64,000 nt of DNA from an uncultured Clostridia bacterium. Lineage in GTDB: Bacteria; Bacillota; Clostridia; TANB77; CAG-508. The stretch covers positions 27,389 through 91,388 of the forward strand of contig CALXNM010000002.1 of NCBI GenBank assembly GCA_944389745.1. The letters run 5' to 3'. Of the stretch, positions 61,324 through 64,000 are shown in pieces. Every line of letters starts with the position of its first letter. The first letter of the stretch is position 1. Under the pieces are notes generated by a model that did not search any database, had not been told where the DNA came from, and saw nothing but the letters and a program-made list of their open reading frames with translations. Both the position numbers and the translations under genes were made by a program.

Positions 61324-62625
61324 ATGGAAGATAATTGCGAAATTATATATAAGAATTTAGAAAAAAATGAAAAATATGAAAATATCATAAAGGAAGTTGT
61401 TGATGAATGTTTTAAGGAAGAAAAACTTGATAAAGCCAATATTTATATAAGCATTACATTAACAAATGAAGAAGAAATAGAAAAAATAAATAAGCAATAT
61501 AGAAATATAGATAAGGCAACAGATGTGCTTTCATTTCCAATGTTTGAAAAAGAAGAATTGGATAAATTTATTAACGACAATGTAAAAAATGCAGACATAA
61601 ATATGCAAGGGGATATTCTAGGGGATGTGGTTATTTCCATCCCTAGAGTATACGAACAAGCAGAAGAGTATGGACATAGTTTTGAAAGAGAACTTGCATA
61701 TATGGTTGTTCATGGATTTTATCACATAATGGGATATGACCATATAGAAGAAGCAGACAGAAAAGTGATGAGAGAAAAAGAAGAAAATATATTATCAAAA
61801 TTAGGAATAAAAAGAGAAACATCAAAAGAAGAAAGCCAAAAAGAATTAGAAGAAATAGAAAGAATCGAAAAAAAAAATAAAAACAAAACCTCAAACTCAA
61901 ATTTTATAGATGCGTGGAAAAATGCAACTAATGGGATAATATATGCAACAACAACTCAAAGAAATATAAAAATACAATTAGTAATTGCAGTATTAGTTGT
62001 TATAGTGAGTTTATTTTTCGATTTAAGTAGGGCTGAATTTTTATGTTTCTTATTTACAATAATATTAATCCTATTTGCTGAAATGTGTAATACAGCAATA
62101 GAAACAGTTGTAGATTTATATGTAGATGTATATCATCCAAAAGCCAAGATAGCAAAAGACGTAGCAGCAGGAGGAGTTGTAATTACGGCTCTTAATGCAT
62201 TAATAGTTGCATATTTCTTATTTTTCGACAAAATAAGTGATATAGGATTAAATTTTATAAAAAATATTATTAAATCACCGGTACATCTAGCATTTGCAAC
62301 AATAATTATAGTACTTATAGCTATAGTTGCATTAATTGCTATAGCAAGAACAAATAAGCACAAAGGCTTAAATAAAAAGTTTGTACCAAGTGGATTTACA
62401 GCTATTGCTTTTGCAGCAAATACAATCATATGGCTAATGACAGACAATATCGTTATTTTAACATTATCATTAGTTCTTGCAATATTGGTTGCAACAAGTA
62501 GAACAGAAGCAAAAGTACATAAAACATCAGAAGTTATATTTAGTGCTTGTGTTGGAATTATAATTGTATTATTAATTTATGGAATTACTCTAGGAGTAAT
62601 GAGTATGAATATTATTAATTTATAA
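61324..62625 (+). CDS. ybeY: Fusion protein: YbeY (rRNA maturation RNase) plus DgkA-like undecaprenol/diacylglycerol kinase plus a C-terminal PAP2-like membrane extension
   Basis: YbeY motif HGFYHIMGYDH. DgkA motifs QRNIKIQL, EMCNTAIETVVD and AKIAKDVAAGGV. The C-terminus has PSGF(31-54 spacing)SRTEAKVHKTSE, which resembles PAP2 motifs 2 and 3. It is a single ORF containing an internal A10 tract at 61868-61877. Confidence 0.7.
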   Translation: MEDNCEIIYKNLEKNEKYENIIKEVVDECFKEEKLDKANIYISITLTNEEEIEKINKQYRNIDKATDVLSFPMFEKEELDKFINDNVKNADINMQGDILGDVVISIPRVYEQAEEYGHSFERELAYMVVHGFYHIMGYDHIEEADRKVMREKEENILSKLGIKRETSKEESQKELEEIERIEKKNKNKTSNSNFIDAWKNATNGIIYATTTQRNIKIQLVIAVLVVIVSLFFDLSRAEFLCFLFTIILILFAEMCNTAIETVVDLYVDVYHPKAKIAKDVAAGGVVITALNALIVAYFLFFDKISDIGLNFIKNIIKSPVHLAFATIIIVLIAIVALIAIARTNKHKGLNKKFVPSGFTAIAFAANTIIWLMTDNIVILTLSLVLAILVATSRTEAKVHKTSEVIFSACVGIIIVLLIYGITLGVMSMNIINL

Positions 62626-62684
62626 AAATTGAATATTTAAAATTATAAAAAGCTAAATTAAAGCGAGAGGAATGAATAAAAAAG

Positions 62685-63758
62685 ATGAAGGGGAAAAGAA
62701 CAAAAAATGCAGAGAACAAAAGCAAAAGGATTTTTATAATTGTTCTAGTAGTTTTAATTATAGTAGCAGGTATTTTAGTAGCACTTAAATTTTTAGATGG
62801 AAATAATGAAGAAGTACAAATAGCAAATACAAATGAAGTTTTAAATGAAATAGAAGAACCAGAAGTAAAAACACCAAAAACTTTTGCAGGAAAATCAAGA
62901 CCAATAGCAGTAATGATAGATAACCATATAAATGCTATGCCACAAGCAGGGCTTAAAGAAGCTGATCTTGTTTATGAAATTATCGTAGAAGGTGGAGAAA
63001 CAAGATTAATGCTAGTATTTAAAGATAAAGATATAGATAAGATAGGACCAATAAGAAGTTCAAGACATTATTTCTTAGATTATGCATTAGAAAATGATGC
63101 AATATATGTACATTATGGATGGAGTCCACAAGCTAGATCTGATATAGATACCTTAGGAGTAAACAACATAAATGGTATATTTGAAAGTAGCTCAGCATTT
63201 TGGAGAGTAAGCGATAAATATGCACCACATAATGTTGTAACAACTACTGATAATATAATGGAAATAGCAGAAAGAAAAGGATATAGAACAACTACAGATG
63301 AAAATCCAGTATTAAATTATGTTGCAGATGAAGTAAATTTAACAGATGGAAAAAAGGCAACAGACATTACAATACCATATTCAGACTATAATTCTGTAGA
63401 ATATGTATATGATAAAGATTCGAAAGAATATGTACGTTATTCAAGAGGAAAAAAACAAGTCGATTGGGAAACAGGAGATGAAATTACTACAAAAAATATA
63501 ATAATAGAATTTGCAGAAAATTATACATTAAATGATGGCTCTGGAAAGGGTAGACAAACATTAAACAACATAAAAAAATTAAAAGGATATTATATTACAA
63601 AAGGAAAAGCAATACCAATTACTTGTACAAAAACATCGAGATCAAGTAAAACAGTATATAAAGATTCAGATGGTAAAGAAATTGATGTAAATGACGGAAA
63701 AACATTTATACAAATATGCCCAATAAATGCAGATGTTACATTTGTTGATGAGGATTAG
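62685..63758 (+). CDS. DUF3048 (YerB-like) exported or membrane-anchored protein
   Basis: Signal anchor, then ..IAVMIDNHINAMPQAGL..ADLVYEIIVEGGETRLMLVF.. which is characteristic of DUF3048. Confidence 0.65.
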   Translation: MKGKRTKNAENKSKRIFIIVLVVLIIVAGILVALKFLDGNNEEVQIANTNEVLNEIEEPEVKTPKTFAGKSRPIAVMIDNHINAMPQAGLKEADLVYEIIVEGGETRLMLVFKDKDIDKIGPIRSSRHYFLDYALENDAIYVHYGWSPQARSDIDTLGVNNINGIFESSSAFWRVSDKYAPHNVVTTTDNIMEIAERKGYRTTTDENPVLNYVADEVNLTDGKKATDITIPYSDYNSVEYVYDKDSKEYVRYSRGKKQVDWETGDEITTKNIIIEFAENYTLNDGSGKGRQTLNNIKKLKGYYITKGKAIPITCTKTSRSSKTVYKDSDGKEIDVNDGKTFIQICPINADVTFVDED

Positions 63759-63775
63759 AAGAGGATTAAATAAAA

Positions 63776-63811
63776 AAAGAGTTTTATTTAGAAAAATAGA
63801 ACTCTTTTTTT
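63776..63811 (+). terminator. Rho-independent terminator
   Basis: aaagagttttattt / aaatagaactcttt followed by TTTTTTT. Confidence 0.65.
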
Positions 63812-63908
63812 ATTAAACAACCATTCTTTGTAATTAAATGTCGAAAATTATTGTATAAAAAAGAACGTTTTGATATAATACAAGTATTAAAATCAAGGAG
63901 GAAAATTA

Positions 63909-64000
63909 TGTGTGAATGTGTAGACAATAAAATAAGAGAAGAAGTAAGAGAGATAATGCAGCCATATAAACAAGAAAAAGATAATTTGATACAAATATTA
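63909..64000 (+). CDS. 5' end of a NuoE/HndA-like (thioredoxin-like [2Fe-2S]) oxidoreductase subunit gene. It runs off the window.
   Basis: AAGGAGG RBS. The N-terminus MCECVDNKIREEVREIMQPYKQEKDNLIQIL resembles NuoE/HndA starts (..IIEKYKGEKGNLIPIL). Only 31 codons are visible. Confidence 0.35.

Overview
This is a very AT-rich window (about 27% GC) with Clostridia-type codon usage, and its right end carries a conserved yqfC-yqfD / ybeY-dgkA sporulation and housekeeping neighbourhood, so it is chromosomal DNA of a spore-forming Firmicute. Five paralogous genes of about 9.6 kb each occupy the first 54 kb as a head-to-tail tandem array on the + strand. Each encodes a giant predicted surface protein of about 3,190 aa. 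The protein has a basic N-terminal tail followed by a single transmembrane (TM) helix, then Ig-like and carbohydrate-binding-like domains. Two long beta-helix blocks built of GLUG-like repeats follow (GGIVG / VGGLIG ... NCY periodicity), and the protein ends in a C-terminal TM helix plus basic tail. Copies 2 (10317-19904) and 5 (44302-53880) are intact. Copy 1 runs off the 5' end of the window and carries one reading-frame break. Copy 3 has one break, and copy 4 has two (one a 14-nt deletion). The paralogs form a mosaic: conserved scaffold segments are about 90-95% identical in protein, and two beta-helix cassettes are only about 50-55% identical. Each paralog sits behind the same conserved unit. 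It consists of an extended -10 promoter (TGnTATAAT), a structured 5' leader of about 320 nt (copies 3, 4) to about 420 nt (copies 2, 5), and a GTG start. The leader contains an (AG)n microsatellite whose length differs between copies (12, 14, 11, 12 units), a GNRA-capped hairpin, and a terminator-like hairpin plus U-tract with compensatory base changes between copies. The leader layout and the differing (AG)n lengths are the best candidate in this window for an undescribed phase- or antigenic-variation system, loosely analogous to the SSR-gated vlhA family of Mycoplasma. Each inter-paralog spacer, between an intrinsic terminator and the next promoter, carries a different small cargo. The four cargoes are a Fic protein with its wHTH domain split off at a poly-A tract, an AAA-ATPase/PD-(D/E)XK protein, a DUF4258 / YgiT-zinc-finger toxin-antitoxin pair on the - strand, and an AAA_14/DUF4143 ATPase. 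Downstream of the array lie a BceRS/BceAB-like module (response regulator, ABC ATPase, ABC-2 permease, histidine kinase), a PdaA-like deacetylase, yqfC, yqfD, an unknown 412-aa protein, a YbeY-DgkA fusion, a DUF3048 protein and the start of a NuoE/HndA-like gene. I found no rRNA, tRNA, CRISPR, transposase or integrase. The - strand ORFs listed inside the giant genes are low-complexity antisense artefacts.
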